From Acidimicrobiales bacterium (GTDB taxonomy: Bacteria; Actinomycetota; Acidimicrobiia; Acidimicrobiales; DATDAH01), in contig JBGAOY010000001.1 of the NCBI GenBank assembly GCA_044221555.1, forward strand, positions 135,793 to 199,792: a stretch of 64,000 nt of DNA, given 5' to 3'. A program made the translations under genes and the position numbers. Positions 36,682 to 45,576 of the stretch are shown in pieces. Every line of letters starts with the position of its first letter. The first letter of the stretch is position 1. Below the pieces are notes generated by a model. It had not been told where the DNA came from. It did no database searches and worked only from the letters and a program-made list of their open reading frames with translations.

Positions 36682-38040
36682 GTGACCACGACCGGGGGTC
36701 GGGCGCCGCGTTCGCGACCCGGGTCCCTGGTGGAGGACCACGGTCACCTGCTCCGCGGCTCCGCGTGGCTGTTGGTCAGTGTGGCGGCCAACGCCGTCGG
36801 GGGGTTCGCCTTCTGGCTCATCGCCGCTCGCATCGACTCGAACGACGACGTGGGGCGGGCCGCCGCCCTGTTCACCTCGGTGATGTTCGTCAACTACGCC
36901 ACCAACATGGGCCTCCCGGTGGCGGTCGCCCGCTATTCGCCCGACGACGGGGCCCCCTCGACGGTCCTGTTCAACTGGTCCATCCTCTACACGGCCGCCT
37001 CGTCGCTCGTCGGCACCGCGCTGTTCCTCGCGTTCCTGCCCGACTCGGTGGCCGACACGCTGTGGCAGTGGGGGCTCCCGGCCGGTGTCCTGATCTTCCT
37101 GTCCGTCGTGTTCGGGATGTCGTGCGCGGTCCTGGTCGAGGTGCGCCTGATGGCGCTGCGCCGGTGGGGATGGGTGTTCACCCGGGTGGCGGTCGTAGGG
37201 CTCGTGCGGTTCGCGTTCGTGCTGGTGCACCCGCTCGACGACGAGGCGCTGTGGCTGTTCCTCGTGGTGGCCGGCATACCGGCCCTGTCCGGGATGGTCG
37301 GTTACGTGGTGCTGCTGGCCCGGCGCCGTTCCCCGCACCCGCTCCGGCCGCTCCCCGCCAACTGGCGAGCGGGCCTGCGCTACTCGTGGGTCAACTACCT
37401 CGGCGTCCTCGCGGTGCAGGCTGCCACCTTCGCGCTGCCCCTGCTGGTGTCCATCGAGGTCGCCTCCGGTGACTACGCCGCGTTCTACGTGGCGTTCAGC
37501 ATCACCAGCGTGATCTTCCTCGTCCCGCACACCCTCGGCCAGGTGTTGCTGGTGGAAGGGGGCAAGGACGGCGCCGACCTGGGCCACCAGGTGCGCCTGG
37601 CGCTGGTGCTGGCCCTCGGCTTCATGGTCGTCGTGGCCGTCGGTGGCCGGGTGGCAAGCGGCTTGGTCACCGACATCTACGGGCCCGACTACGCCCCGGC
37701 GGCCAGGATCCTGCCCACCCTCGTGCTGGCGGGCGTGGGCTGGGCGATCACGTCGATCTGCCTCACCAAGGCACGCGTGCAGGAGCGCGTCGGGGCCATC
37801 GTCACCATCGCCACGGCGCTGGCCCTCGGCATCCTGCTCCCGGCGCTGGTGTTGGTGGCCGACGACGGCATCGACGGTGCCTCCCGGGCCTGGCTGGTCG
37901 GGAACGCCATCGCCGCGGTCACGGCGGTGGTGGTGACGGCGCGCAACAGCCGTCAGGGGGCGTTGGCCGCCGACGCGGCGTGGCTCGACGCGTCGGACGG
38001 CGACGAGACGAGCGCGTCCCGTGCCCTCAGCCCCGGCTGA
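36682..38040 (+). CDS. Polysaccharide/oligosaccharide flippase-like membrane protein (MOP/Wzx superfamily)
   Basis: The ORF is 452 aa with about 12-14 TM. The N-terminal LLRGSAWLLVSVAANAVGGFAFWLIAARI pattern is typical of polysaccharide biosynthesis (Wzx-like) proteins. The start is a GTG. Confidence 0.5.
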   Translation: MTTTGGRAPRSRPGSLVEDHGHLLRGSAWLLVSVAANAVGGFAFWLIAARIDSNDDVGRAAALFTSVMFVNYATNMGLPVAVARYSPDDGAPSTVLFNWSILYTAASSLVGTALFLAFLPDSVADTLWQWGLPAGVLIFLSVVFGMSCAVLVEVRLMALRRWGWVFTRVAVVGLVRFAFVLVHPLDDEALWLFLVVAGIPALSGMVGYVVLLARRRSPHPLRPLPANWRAGLRYSWVNYLGVLAVQAATFALPLLVSIEVASGDYAAFYVAFSITSVIFLVPHTLGQVLLVEGGKDGADLGHQVRLALVLALGFMVVVAVGGRVASGLVTDIYGPDYAPAARILPTLVLAGVGWAITSICLTKARVQERVGAIVTIATALALGILLPALVLVADDGIDGASRAWLVGNAIAAVTAVVVTARNSRQGALAADAAWLDASDGDETSASRALSPG

Positions 38041-39901
38041 CGCCGCCGCGGCGCGTCACCGCGTCCGAGCGACGTGGCCGTGGGTCGCCGGCGTGGCCGT
38101 CGGCCTGCTCGTGCTCGGGCCCGCGCTGGCCCCGGGCGCGCTGTTCAACCTCGACCTGGTGCTGACCCCGGTCATCCCCGTGCCCCAGGGGGTGTGGGGC
38201 CTCGGTCCCGAATTGCCGCGGCGCCTCCCGTTCATGGTGCCGCTGGCGTGGCTGTCCTCGGTGGTCGACGGGGCCGCGGCCGCCAAGGTGGCGCTCGTGG
38301 CCCTCTTCGCGGCCGCGTTCGTTGGGGCGCAGCGCCTCGTCGGCGATCGCGAGGCGCTCACCCGCCTCGGTGCCGGGCTGCTCTACGCCTCCAGCCCCTT
38401 CCTGGTCACCCGGGTGGCCACCGGCTACCTGGGCGTGGCGTTGGTGGCGGCGGTGCTGCCGTGGGTGCTGCCGCGCCTGCTGCGGCCCTCGTCGTCCGGC
38501 CGGCGCACCCTGCTGGCGGCCGCGGCGCTCGGGATGTGCGGGGTCACCGGCGGCATCGTGGCCGTGCTCGCGGTCGTCGCCGGTCTGGTCGCCGAGCGCG
38601 AACGGCGTCCCCTGATCGTGGCGGTCGGGGTGCTGGTGGGCCAGCTGCCGTGGTTGGTGCCCGGGATCGTCGTGTACTCGCAGGGGATCAGCCCCGCTGC
38701 CGCCGCCGACTTCGCCACCCGCGCGGACGGGGTGGGCGGGCCGTTCCGTGTGCTCGCGGGCCACGGGTTCTGGCAGGACACGTTCCAGGTCGGCCACGGA
38801 TGGGCCGGCGTGGCGGTCGTCGGTGCCGCGTTGTCGGCCCTGGCCGTGCTCGGCCACGGCGACCTGCCCGCAGCCTGGCGCCGTCCGGCCGGATGGCTGG
38901 CGGTGACCGGTGTGGTCGTCTCGCTGGCCAGCGTGGTGCCGGGCGCCCGGTCGGTCTACTCGGAGCTGGCCAGCACCTCCTTCGGTGCCCCACTTCGCGA
39001 GGGGCATCGGCTCCTGGTGCTCTACCTGGTGTGGATGGCGCCGGCCGCGGCCCTCGGCGCCCGTCGCCTGGCCACCGGGCAGACCGGCGCCCGGCGGCTC
39101 GCCCTCCTCGCCGCCCCGGCGGTGGTGGCGGCCTGGCTGGCCCTGCCCGGCCTGTGGGGGGCGGGCGGCCAACTCGATCCCGTTCAGATCCCTGCCGAGT
39201 GGGCCCAGGCGCGGTCCGTCGTGCACGACGCTCCCGGCCCGGTGGTGTCGCTGCCGTGGGCCCAGTACTTCAACCTCAACGTGGCCGGGGGCCGGCGGGT
39301 CAACGACGTCATGCCGCTCTACCTGGGGGGTGACGTGCTCACCGCGTCGGACCCCAACCTGGCCGAGCCCGCCCGTGAGCGGACCGACCGCCGCGAGCGG
39401 GAGATGGACCTGCTGGCACTGCGGATCCACGCCGGCGAGCCCGTCGGGGCCCAACTGGCCGACCTGGGCGTGCGCTGGGTGGTGCTCCAGCACGACATCG
39501 ACTGGCAGACCTACCTCTCGCTGCGCGACGACCCGGGCCTCGAGCGGGTCGTCGACGGGCCCACCCTGGAGCTGTTCGAGGTGACCGCCTGGCGCGGGCC
39601 GGTGGTGACCGACGACGGCGCCACCCTCGCCGCCGGCGGCCCGGCGGCACCGGTGGCCGACGTGGCCGCGTCGGGCGCCGCCACCTGGGCGCGGCCCGGC
39701 GCCCGTGGCTGGTTGCGGGGCCTGGAGCCGGCCGCCGTGGGTGCCGACGGGCAGCTCCGCCTGCCCGCCGGACGGGGCCTCGTCTGGTACTGGCCGACCC
39801 TGCTCGTCCTGCTCGGTGACGCGCTGTTCGTGGTGGCGGTGGCCCTCGCCGCGGCCGGGCGCTCACGGGAATCCACGTCTCGGTCGACAGACGTGCTATA
39901 A
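38021..39901 (+). CDS. Polytopic membrane protein with extracytoplasmic C-terminal domain and terminal TM; possible additional GT-C-type enzyme
   Basis: The ORF is 626 aa. The first loop GALFNLDLVLTPVIPVPQGVWGLGPELPRRLPFMVPLAW is followed by about 10 TM, a soluble roughly 200-aa region and a final TM LVWYWPTLLVLLGDALFVVAVALAAA. It ends in a rare TAA stop. Confidence 0.5.
   Translation: MPSAPADAAAARHRVRATWPWVAGVAVGLLVLGPALAPGALFNLDLVLTPVIPVPQGVWGLGPELPRRLPFMVPLAWLSSVVDGAAAAKVALVALFAAAFVGAQRLVGDREALTRLGAGLLYASSPFLVTRVATGYLGVALVAAVLPWVLPRLLRPSSSGRRTLLAAAALGMCGVTGGIVAVLAVVAGLVAERERRPLIVAVGVLVGQLPWLVPGIVVYSQGISPAAAADFATRADGVGGPFRVLAGHGFWQDTFQVGHGWAGVAVVGAALSALAVLGHGDLPAAWRRPAGWLAVTGVVVSLASVVPGARSVYSELASTSFGAPLREGHRLLVLYLVWMAPAAALGARRLATGQTGARRLALLAAPAVVAAWLALPGLWGAGGQLDPVQIPAEWAQARSVVHDAPGPVVSLPWAQYFNLNVAGGRRVNDVMPLYLGGDVLTASDPNLAEPARERTDRREREMDLLALRIHAGEPVGAQLADLGVRWVVLQHDIDWQTYLSLRDDPGLERVVDGPTLELFEVTAWRGPVVTDDGATLAAGGPAAPVADVAASGAATWARPGARGWLRGLEPAAVGADGQLRLPAGRGLVWYWPTLLVLLGDALFVVAVALAAAGRSRESTSRSTDVL
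39874..39895 (+). promoter_or_regulatory. Inverted repeat at the extreme 3' end of the upstream CDS, about 40 nt before the LAxTG gene start
   Basis: cacgtct-cggtcgac-agacgtg is a 7-bp perfect stem or half-site pair around a GTCGAC core. A low-GC patch with TATAAC follows immediately. Confidence 0.25.
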
Positions 39902-39935
39902 CTTCGTCTTGTTCATCTGTCTTGGGAGGACATCC

Positions 39936-40535
39936 GTGACGAGTACGGCACTGCGCAACATTTTCCGAGCAGTCCTTGGTGGGCTGTTCCTCAGCGGCAT
40001 GTTGCTTGTCGCGACCCTCGGCCCGGCGTCGGCGCAAGCCGGCGGGCAGGAGGACCAGGACCCCGGCGCCTTCGTGGACGACCAGGGCAACTTCGACATC
40101 GACGCGTACATCGCGGCGTCCACCGGCTCGGACGACGGCTGTTCACCGGCCAGCGCCGCGGTCGGCGACACCGTGACCTGCACCGTGCACGGCTACAACG
40201 CCGGCGACACGGTCACCGCCACCCTCACCTGCGGCCCGACCGTCGTGTTCGAGGGCCCGTCCACCGGCACCACCTTCACCTTCTCGTTCGTCGTCCCCGA
40301 CGTGCCGGCCGGTGACTGCGGAGTCGAGGTGTGCGGGACCGACACCGGGGGTGAGGCCTTGTGCCGTGTCCTCGGCTTCGAAGTGGTCGGCAACGAGGTC
40401 ACCACGGGCTCGCTGGCCCGCACCGGTTCCAACAACACGGGCACGCTCGTCGGCGTGGGCGCGGCCCTCGTGGTGCTCGGCGGGGCTGCCGTGTTCGGCG
40501 CCCGTCGTCGCTTCAAGACGACGACCACCGCCTGA
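39936..40535 (+). CDS. Cell-wall-anchored surface protein with LAxTG (class E sortase) sorting signal
   Basis: The GTG at 39936 is preceded by GGGAGGA. The signal peptide is ..LFLSGMLLVATLGPASAQA. The C-terminal sequence LARTGSNNTGTLVGVGAALVVLGGAAVFGARRRFK gives motif, hydrophobic span and a positively charged tail. Confidence 0.75.
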   Translation: MTSTALRNIFRAVLGGLFLSGMLLVATLGPASAQAGGQEDQDPGAFVDDQGNFDIDAYIAASTGSDDGCSPASAAVGDTVTCTVHGYNAGDTVTATLTCGPTVVFEGPSTGTTFTFSFVVPDVPAGDCGVEVCGTDTGGEALCRVLGFEVVGNEVTTGSLARTGSNNTGTLVGVGAALVVLGGAAVFGARRRFKTTTTA

Positions 40536-40552
40536 TCCCCGACAGATCAGCT

Positions 40553-40586
40553 GAACCAGCCGCCCCCCTTGTGGGGCGGCTGGTTC
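40553..40586. terminator. Bidirectional intrinsic-terminator-like hairpin between convergent genes
   Basis: gaaccagccgcccc-ccttgt-ggggcggctggttc has a perfect 14-bp GC-rich stem and a 6-nt loop. gcgttcggg follows it. Confidence 0.6.
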
Positions 40587-40684
40587 GCGTTCGGGCAACG
40601 GTCCGGGCGCACACCGACCGCGAGTGTGCGCCCCCTCGACGGGGAGCACGGCTGCGGGCGGCCCGCGGTGAGCCCCTGTGACCG

Positions 40685-42184
40685 CTACTGCGAGCGGCGC
40701 AACTGATCCTTGCGGACCTTGCCGGTACCGCTCCGGGGCAGGTCCCCCACGATCTCGACCGATCGAGGGGCCTTGAAGTGGGCGAGGCGGTCCCGGACGA
40801 AGCGGCGCAGGTCGTCGGGGTCGGCCGATCGGCCCGCCCGCAGCACCACGTAGGCCTTGGGCACCTCGCCCCATCGCTCGTCGGGCACGCCGATGACCGC
40901 AGCCTCGAGGACGTCGGGGTGCGCGGTGAGCGCCTTCTCCACCTCCACGCTCGAGATGTTCTCGCCGCCCGAGATGATGACGTCCTTGGTGCGGTCGACG
41001 ATGGTGAGGTAGCCGTCGGCGTCGACCGTGGCGACGTCGCCGGTGTGCAGCCAGCCGTCGCGCAGCACCTCGGCGGTGGCCGCGGGCGCGTTCCAGTATC
41101 CCTGCATCACGTGGTTCGAGCGGGCCCGCACCTCACCGCGTGCGGTGCCGTCGTGGGCGACCTCGACGCCGCGGTCGTCCACCACCGAGAGCTCGACGCC
41201 GAGGATGGGGAGGCCGGTGGTGGCGCGTCGGGCCGGGTCGGACGGCTCGCCGGGCTTGTCGAGGGCCCGTGTGAGGGTGGGCGACGACTCGGTCATGCCG
41301 TAGCCGCAGATACAGGGGCAACCGAGGCGGTGCTCGAGCTCGCCGAGCAGCTCGCGCCCGAGCGGTGCCCCGCCCACCGAGATCTGGCGCAGGGACGGCC
41401 ACGGCCCCGCGGCCAGGTCGGGGTGCTCGAGGATCGCCGTGGCCATCGCGGGTACCAGGAACAGCCGGGTGACGCGCTCTGCGGCGATGAGGCGCAGCAC
41501 CTCGCCGGCGTCGAAACGGGGGAGCATGACGTGCACGCCGCCGAGGCCCGTGACGTAGTGGGGGGTGCCCCACCCGTTGACGTGGAACAGGGGAATGGTG
41601 TGCAGCACCACGTCGTCGCCCGTGATGGCGTTGGTGAGGGCCGAGTGCACGGCGTGCAGGTAGAGGTTGCGATGGGTGAGCACCGCGCCCTTGGGCAGGC
41701 CGGTCGTGCCGCTGGTGTAGAAGATCTCGGCCGGTGCCCGTTCGTCGATGTCGGGCACCGCCGGGCCGGTGGCGGGCTGAGCCGCGAGGAGCGACTCGTA
41801 GGGCCCACCGAGGACCACCTGTGGCGTCGGGTGCCCCGGGTCGGCCTGGTCGGGGTGGCGGACCAGCACCGCGGGGCGGCAGTCGTCGAGGATCGTGGCC
41901 AGCTCGGCGGGGGCGAGACGGATGTTTAGCGGCACCAGGACGGCGCCGGCCAGCAGCACGCCGTAGTACGCCTCGAGCAACTCGTGGGTGTTGCCGCCCA
42001 GCCACGCCACCCGGTCGCCGGGTGCCACCCCGTGGTCGCGCGCCAGCGCGTGGGCAAGACGGTCGCAGCGCTCGGCGAACTCGGCGTAGGTGAACCGCTG
42101 ATCGCCCTGCACGACCCCGACCCGGTCGGGGAACAGCGATCGGGCCCGGGCCAGGAAGTCCAGCGGGGTGAGCGGGACCTCCAT
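40685..42184 (-). CDS. Fatty-acid/acyl-CoA ligase (AMP-binding, ANL superfamily)
   Basis: I trimmed the track ORF to the ATG at 42184 (MEVPLTPLDFLARARSLFPDR..), which overlaps the upstream stop. The AMP-binding signature IFYTSGTTGLPKGAVL is present. Confidence 0.85.
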   Translation of the reverse strand: MEVPLTPLDFLARARSLFPDRVGVVQGDQRFTYAEFAERCDRLAHALARDHGVAPGDRVAWLGGNTHELLEAYYGVLLAGAVLVPLNIRLAPAELATILDDCRPAVLVRHPDQADPGHPTPQVVLGGPYESLLAAQPATGPAVPDIDERAPAEIFYTSGTTGLPKGAVLTHRNLYLHAVHSALTNAITGDDVVLHTIPLFHVNGWGTPHYVTGLGGVHVMLPRFDAGEVLRLIAAERVTRLFLVPAMATAILEHPDLAAGPWPSLRQISVGGAPLGRELLGELEHRLGCPCICGYGMTESSPTLTRALDKPGEPSDPARRATTGLPILGVELSVVDDRGVEVAHDGTARGEVRARSNHVMQGYWNAPAATAEVLRDGWLHTGDVATVDADGYLTIVDRTKDVIISGGENISSVEVEKALTAHPDVLEAAVIGVPDERWGEVPKAYVVLRAGRSADPDDLRRFVRDRLAHFKAPRSVEIVGDLPRSGTGKVRKDQLRRSQ

Positions 42185-42945
42185 CAGTCCACCCAGGCGC
42201 CGCGCCGTTCGAGGACCTCGCGCAGCACCGCGGGCCGGTCGGTCATGATGCCGTCCACCCCGAGGTCGAGCAGGCGGTCCATCTCGGCGGCCTCGTCGAT
42301 GGTCCAGACGTGGACCTGCAGGCCCCGGCGGTGGGCGAACCGCACGAGGCGCTGGTCGACGACGGTCAGTGGCCCCTGGCGGACCGGCACCTGCAGGCAG
42401 GGGACGGTGATGGTGCCGACGGGCACGCCGAGGCTGCCGATGCGGGCCCGAGCGGTGCCCATGGGCCCGGCCGACGAGCACAGGCGCTCGCCCAGCCGGC
42501 GACGGAGGCGCTTCAGGCGCCGGTCCGAGAACGAGCCCACGCACACCCGGTCGATCGCGCCCGTGCGCTCGATCGCCGTGGCGAGGGCCTCGACCGCGCC
42601 GTCGTGCTTCGGGTCGATGTTGACCCGGAGGTCGGGCCAGGTGCCCAGCAGGTCCTCGAGCAGGGGGATGGGCTCGGTGCCGTCGACACGGGCCTGCCGG
42701 ACCTCTGACCACGGCAGATCGGTGACGGTGCCGGCACGGTCGGTGACCCGGTCGAGCACGGAGTCGTGGAACGCGAGCAGCACGCCGTCGGCGGTGACGT
42801 GGACGTCGGTCTCGATGTAGCGGTAGCCGAGCTCGACCGCCCGAGCGAACGCCGGCATCGTGTTCTCGGGGGCGTCACTGGCGCCGCCGCGGTGGGCGAA
42901 GGCGAGCGGCCCCGGGTGGTCGAGGTACGGCCAGCGGGGTTGCAC
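42184..42945 (-). CDS. Glycerophosphodiester phosphodiesterase
   Basis: FAHRGGASDAPENTMPAF and IETDVHVTADGVLLAFHD are GDPD signatures. I trimmed the start to the GTG at 42945. The start is uncertain. Confidence 0.8.
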   Translation of the reverse strand: MQPRWPYLDHPGPLAFAHRGGASDAPENTMPAFARAVELGYRYIETDVHVTADGVLLAFHDSVLDRVTDRAGTVTDLPWSEVRQARVDGTEPIPLLEDLLGTWPDLRVNIDPKHDGAVEALATAIERTGAIDRVCVGSFSDRRLKRLRRRLGERLCSSAGPMGTARARIGSLGVPVGTITVPCLQVPVRQGPLTVVDQRLVRFAHRRGLQVHVWTIDEAAEMDRLLDLGVDGIMTDRPAVLREVLERRGAWVD

Positions 42946-43006
42946 GGTGGTCGACGCTACCTGCCAGGCCCCCGGGCGGCCCGCCCGTGTGTGCGACCCT
43001 GACCTG

Positions 43007-44215
43007 ATGCAGGCAGCACGCGCACCCCGTGCCCGCTGGTCGGTGGGACGGCGTCGGTCGGCTCGGGTGCTCGCCGCCGGCATGGGGGCGGCCACGGCGT
43101 CGGCGTTGCCGCCGTTCCTCGTGGGCGGTCTCGCCGTGCAACTGCGCGACGACCTGCGGTTCGACACCGCGGGCCTGGGCCTGGCGATCAGCGCGTACTG
43201 GCTGTCGTCGGCGCTCTGCTCGGCGGTGCTCGGGCGGGTCGCGGAGCGCATGGGCGCGCGACGGGCCCTGCGCGCCGGCCTCTACGCCAACGTGGCCGTG
43301 CAGTTGTCGGTGGCCACCATCGCCCGGTCGTGGACGGCGCTGGTCGTGGTGATGCTCGTGGGTGGTGTGGTCAACGCGCTCATCCAGTTGGCGGTCAACG
43401 TGCTGCTGGCCCAGGAGATGCCGGCACACCGGCTCGGCGTCGCGCTGGGGGCCAAGCAGTCGGCCATTCCCATGGGCACGTTCCTCGCCGGCCTGGCCGT
43501 GCCGGCACTCGCGCTCACGGTCGGGTGGCGGTGGGCGTTCGTGGTCGGCGCCGCCCTCGGCCTGGCGGCCCTCGCCGTGCTGCCCGCGCTGGGCCATCCA
43601 CCGGTGCGGGCCGCCGATCGCCCCCGCCTCGGCGACCGGCCGGTGTCGGCGCTGGTGATCCTGGGCCTCGGCGGCGTGTTCGGCGCGGCGGCCGCTGGTG
43701 CGCTGGCCGGCTTCCTGGTCAGCGGCGGGGTGGAGGCAGGACTCGCGGAGGGCCCGGCGGGCCTTCTGCTCACCGCCGGCAGCGCCTGCGGGATCGCCGT
43801 GCGCATGCTGGCCGGCGTGCGGGCCGACCGGCGCACCGGCGGGCATCTCCGGGTGGTGGCCCTCATGCTGGGAGGTGGCGCCATCGCCTACCTGGCGTTC
43901 GCCTCCGGCCGGCCATGGGCCTACGTGCTGGCCACGCCCCTGGCCTTCGGCGCCGGCTGGGCGTGGCCCGGCCTGTTCAACCTGGCTGTCGTGCGTGACA
44001 ACCCGGACAGCCCCGGTGCCGCGACGGGTGTCACCCAGACGGGCATCTACCTCGGGGCCCTGCTCGGTCCGCTCGCGTTCGGCACGGTGGCGGAGCACTT
44101 CTCGTACGGCCCGGCGTGGATGATGACTGCGGGCTGGTCGGTGCTCTCCGCCGTGATCATCACGGTCGGCCGTCGACGGCTGCGCCGGCGCTCGGAGGCC
44201 CCGGCGGTACGGTGA
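43007..44215 (+). CDS. MFS transporter
   Basis: The protein is about 400 aa with 12 hydrophobic segments and a typical MFS layout. The ATG at 43007 was chosen over the longer track ORF. The start is uncertain. Confidence 0.7.
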   Translation: MQAARAPRARWSVGRRRSARVLAAGMGAATASALPPFLVGGLAVQLRDDLRFDTAGLGLAISAYWLSSALCSAVLGRVAERMGARRALRAGLYANVAVQLSVATIARSWTALVVVMLVGGVVNALIQLAVNVLLAQEMPAHRLGVALGAKQSAIPMGTFLAGLAVPALALTVGWRWAFVVGAALGLAALAVLPALGHPPVRAADRPRLGDRPVSALVILGLGGVFGAAAAGALAGFLVSGGVEAGLAEGPAGLLLTAGSACGIAVRMLAGVRADRRTGGHLRVVALMLGGGAIAYLAFASGRPWAYVLATPLAFGAGWAWPGLFNLAVVRDNPDSPGAATGVTQTGIYLGALLGPLAFGTVAEHFSYGPAWMMTAGWSVLSAVIITVGRRRLRRRSEAPAVR

Positions 44216-44219
44216 CGCT

Positions 44220-45005
44220 GTGGACGTGTTCGGCCGGTTCGAGGACATGGTCACCGGCCCCGAGGCCGAGATCCCGCTCGACGAGGCCATGCTGCTGGTG
44301 GCGGCCCAGGCCGAGGCGGGGGTCGACGTCGAGCGCTCGCTCGTCGCACTCGACCAGATCGCCGAATCGTGCCGCACGCCGACGCTCGATGCGCTCGTCC
44401 GCCACCTGTTCGTCGATCTCGGCTTCGCCGGGAACCGCGAGCACTACTACGACGCTCGGAACTCGTACCTCAACCGCGTGCTCGAGCGCCGGCTCGGCAT
44501 CCCCATCTCGCTGGCGGTGCTGGTCATCGTGGTGGGGCGGCGGCTCGGGGTGCCGCTCGCCGGGGTGGCGATGCCAGGGCATTTCCTCCTGCGCGACCGG
44601 GTGGACCCGGAGGTGTTCGTCGATCCGTTCGCCGGCGGCACGCTGCTCGACGTCGCCGGGTGCGCCGCGGTCTTCCGGCGCCTGCACGGGCCGGGCGTCC
44701 CCTTCGACGAGCGGTTCCTCGAGCCCGTCGGTTCCCGGGCCATCCTCAGCCGGGTGCTCGCGAACCTGAAGGCGATCCACCGCCAGGCCGGGGACCGTCG
44801 GGCCCTCGTCGGCGTGCTGCGCCTGCGGGTGGCCCTTCCGGGGGCGGGGGAGGAGGAGCATCGCGAGCTCGCCGCCGCCCTGGCCGCCGCCGGTCAGTTC
44901 GGCGACGCCGCCGACGAGCTCGAGGCGCTGGCGGCGGACGCGGGCGGCGAGCGGGCCGAGGCCGACCTCACGGCGGCAACACGCTTTCGGGCCCGGCTGA
45001 ACTGA
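44220..45005 (+). CDS. Transglutaminase-like/TPR protein of the SirB1 (UPF0162) family
   Basis: The ORF is 261 aa. The sequence reads ..LFVDLGFAGNREHYYDARNSYLNRVLERRLGIPISLAVLVIVVGRRLGVPLAGVAMPGHFLLR.., followed by a TPR-like C-terminus. Confidence 0.65.
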   Translation: MDVFGRFEDMVTGPEAEIPLDEAMLLVAAQAEAGVDVERSLVALDQIAESCRTPTLDALVRHLFVDLGFAGNREHYYDARNSYLNRVLERRLGIPISLAVLVIVVGRRLGVPLAGVAMPGHFLLRDRVDPEVFVDPFAGGTLLDVAGCAAVFRRLHGPGVPFDERFLEPVGSRAILSRVLANLKAIHRQAGDRRALVGVLRLRVALPGAGEEEHRELAAALAAAGQFGDAADELEALAADAGGERAEADLTAATRFRARLN

Positions 45006-45102
45006 TGACCGACGCCGGCTGCGAGCGGTCGCTCGGCGAGATCACGACGGGCACATCCGTCGGCGGTGCGCGGTCGGCCCGGCCGGTGGGCACGGCGGGC
45101 TG

Positions 45103-45513
45103 ATGGCCTGGCTGCTCATGGGAGCGGTGGCACTCGTGGGCACCGCCGTGTTCCTGGCGTGGATGCAGTCGGCCCGCGAGCAGCGGTTCGCGGCGGCGAC
45201 CACGACCGAGCTCCACGTCGACGACCACGGGGTCGAGCGGCGGATGGCCGACGGGCGGGTCGAGGCGATCGCGTGGGCCGAGCTCACCGAGGTGGAGGTG
45301 ATCACCACCGCCACCGGGGTGCATCGAGAGGACGGCGCGCTGGTGGTGCTGGCGGTCGACGACACCCGCGGCTGCCTGGTGCCGAGTCGCCTGGCGGCGC
45401 AGCGCGGTGTGATCGAGCGGCTCAGCCGGCTCCCCGGCTTCGACGCCCGCCGGCTCGCGGCGGCACTCGAGGAGCCCCCTCCGTCGCGCACCACCTGCTG
45501 GACCCGTCGCTAG
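45103..45513 (+). CDS. Hypothetical protein with N-terminal TM helix
   Basis: The ORF is 136 aa and starts MAWLLMGAVALVGTAVFLAW. The composition looks like normal coding sequence. No family was recognised. Confidence 0.45.
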   Translation: MAWLLMGAVALVGTAVFLAWMQSAREQRFAAATTTELHVDDHGVERRMADGRVEAIAWAELTEVEVITTATGVHREDGALVVLAVDDTRGCLVPSRLAAQRGVIERLSRLPGFDARRLAAALEEPPPSRTTCWTRR

Positions 45514-45576
45514 GTCGCGCCACCCCGCCCGGTGGCCCGGTGCCCGATCCGCCCCGCCCTCGCCCGACCGGGTCGC

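Noticed and set aside
42185-42712. Spurious 5' extensions on track ORFs. The clearest is the extension on the acyl-CoA ligase ORF at 42185-42712. Similar extensions occur at 42946-43251, 17710-18090, 9656-10114, 12901-13116, 14025-14861, 55354-55452 and 56894-57055.
   Set aside because: The extensions overlap the upstream gene and are Arg/Pro-rich. In each case an internal start gives a canonical family N-terminus, often with a 1-4 nt start/stop overlap.
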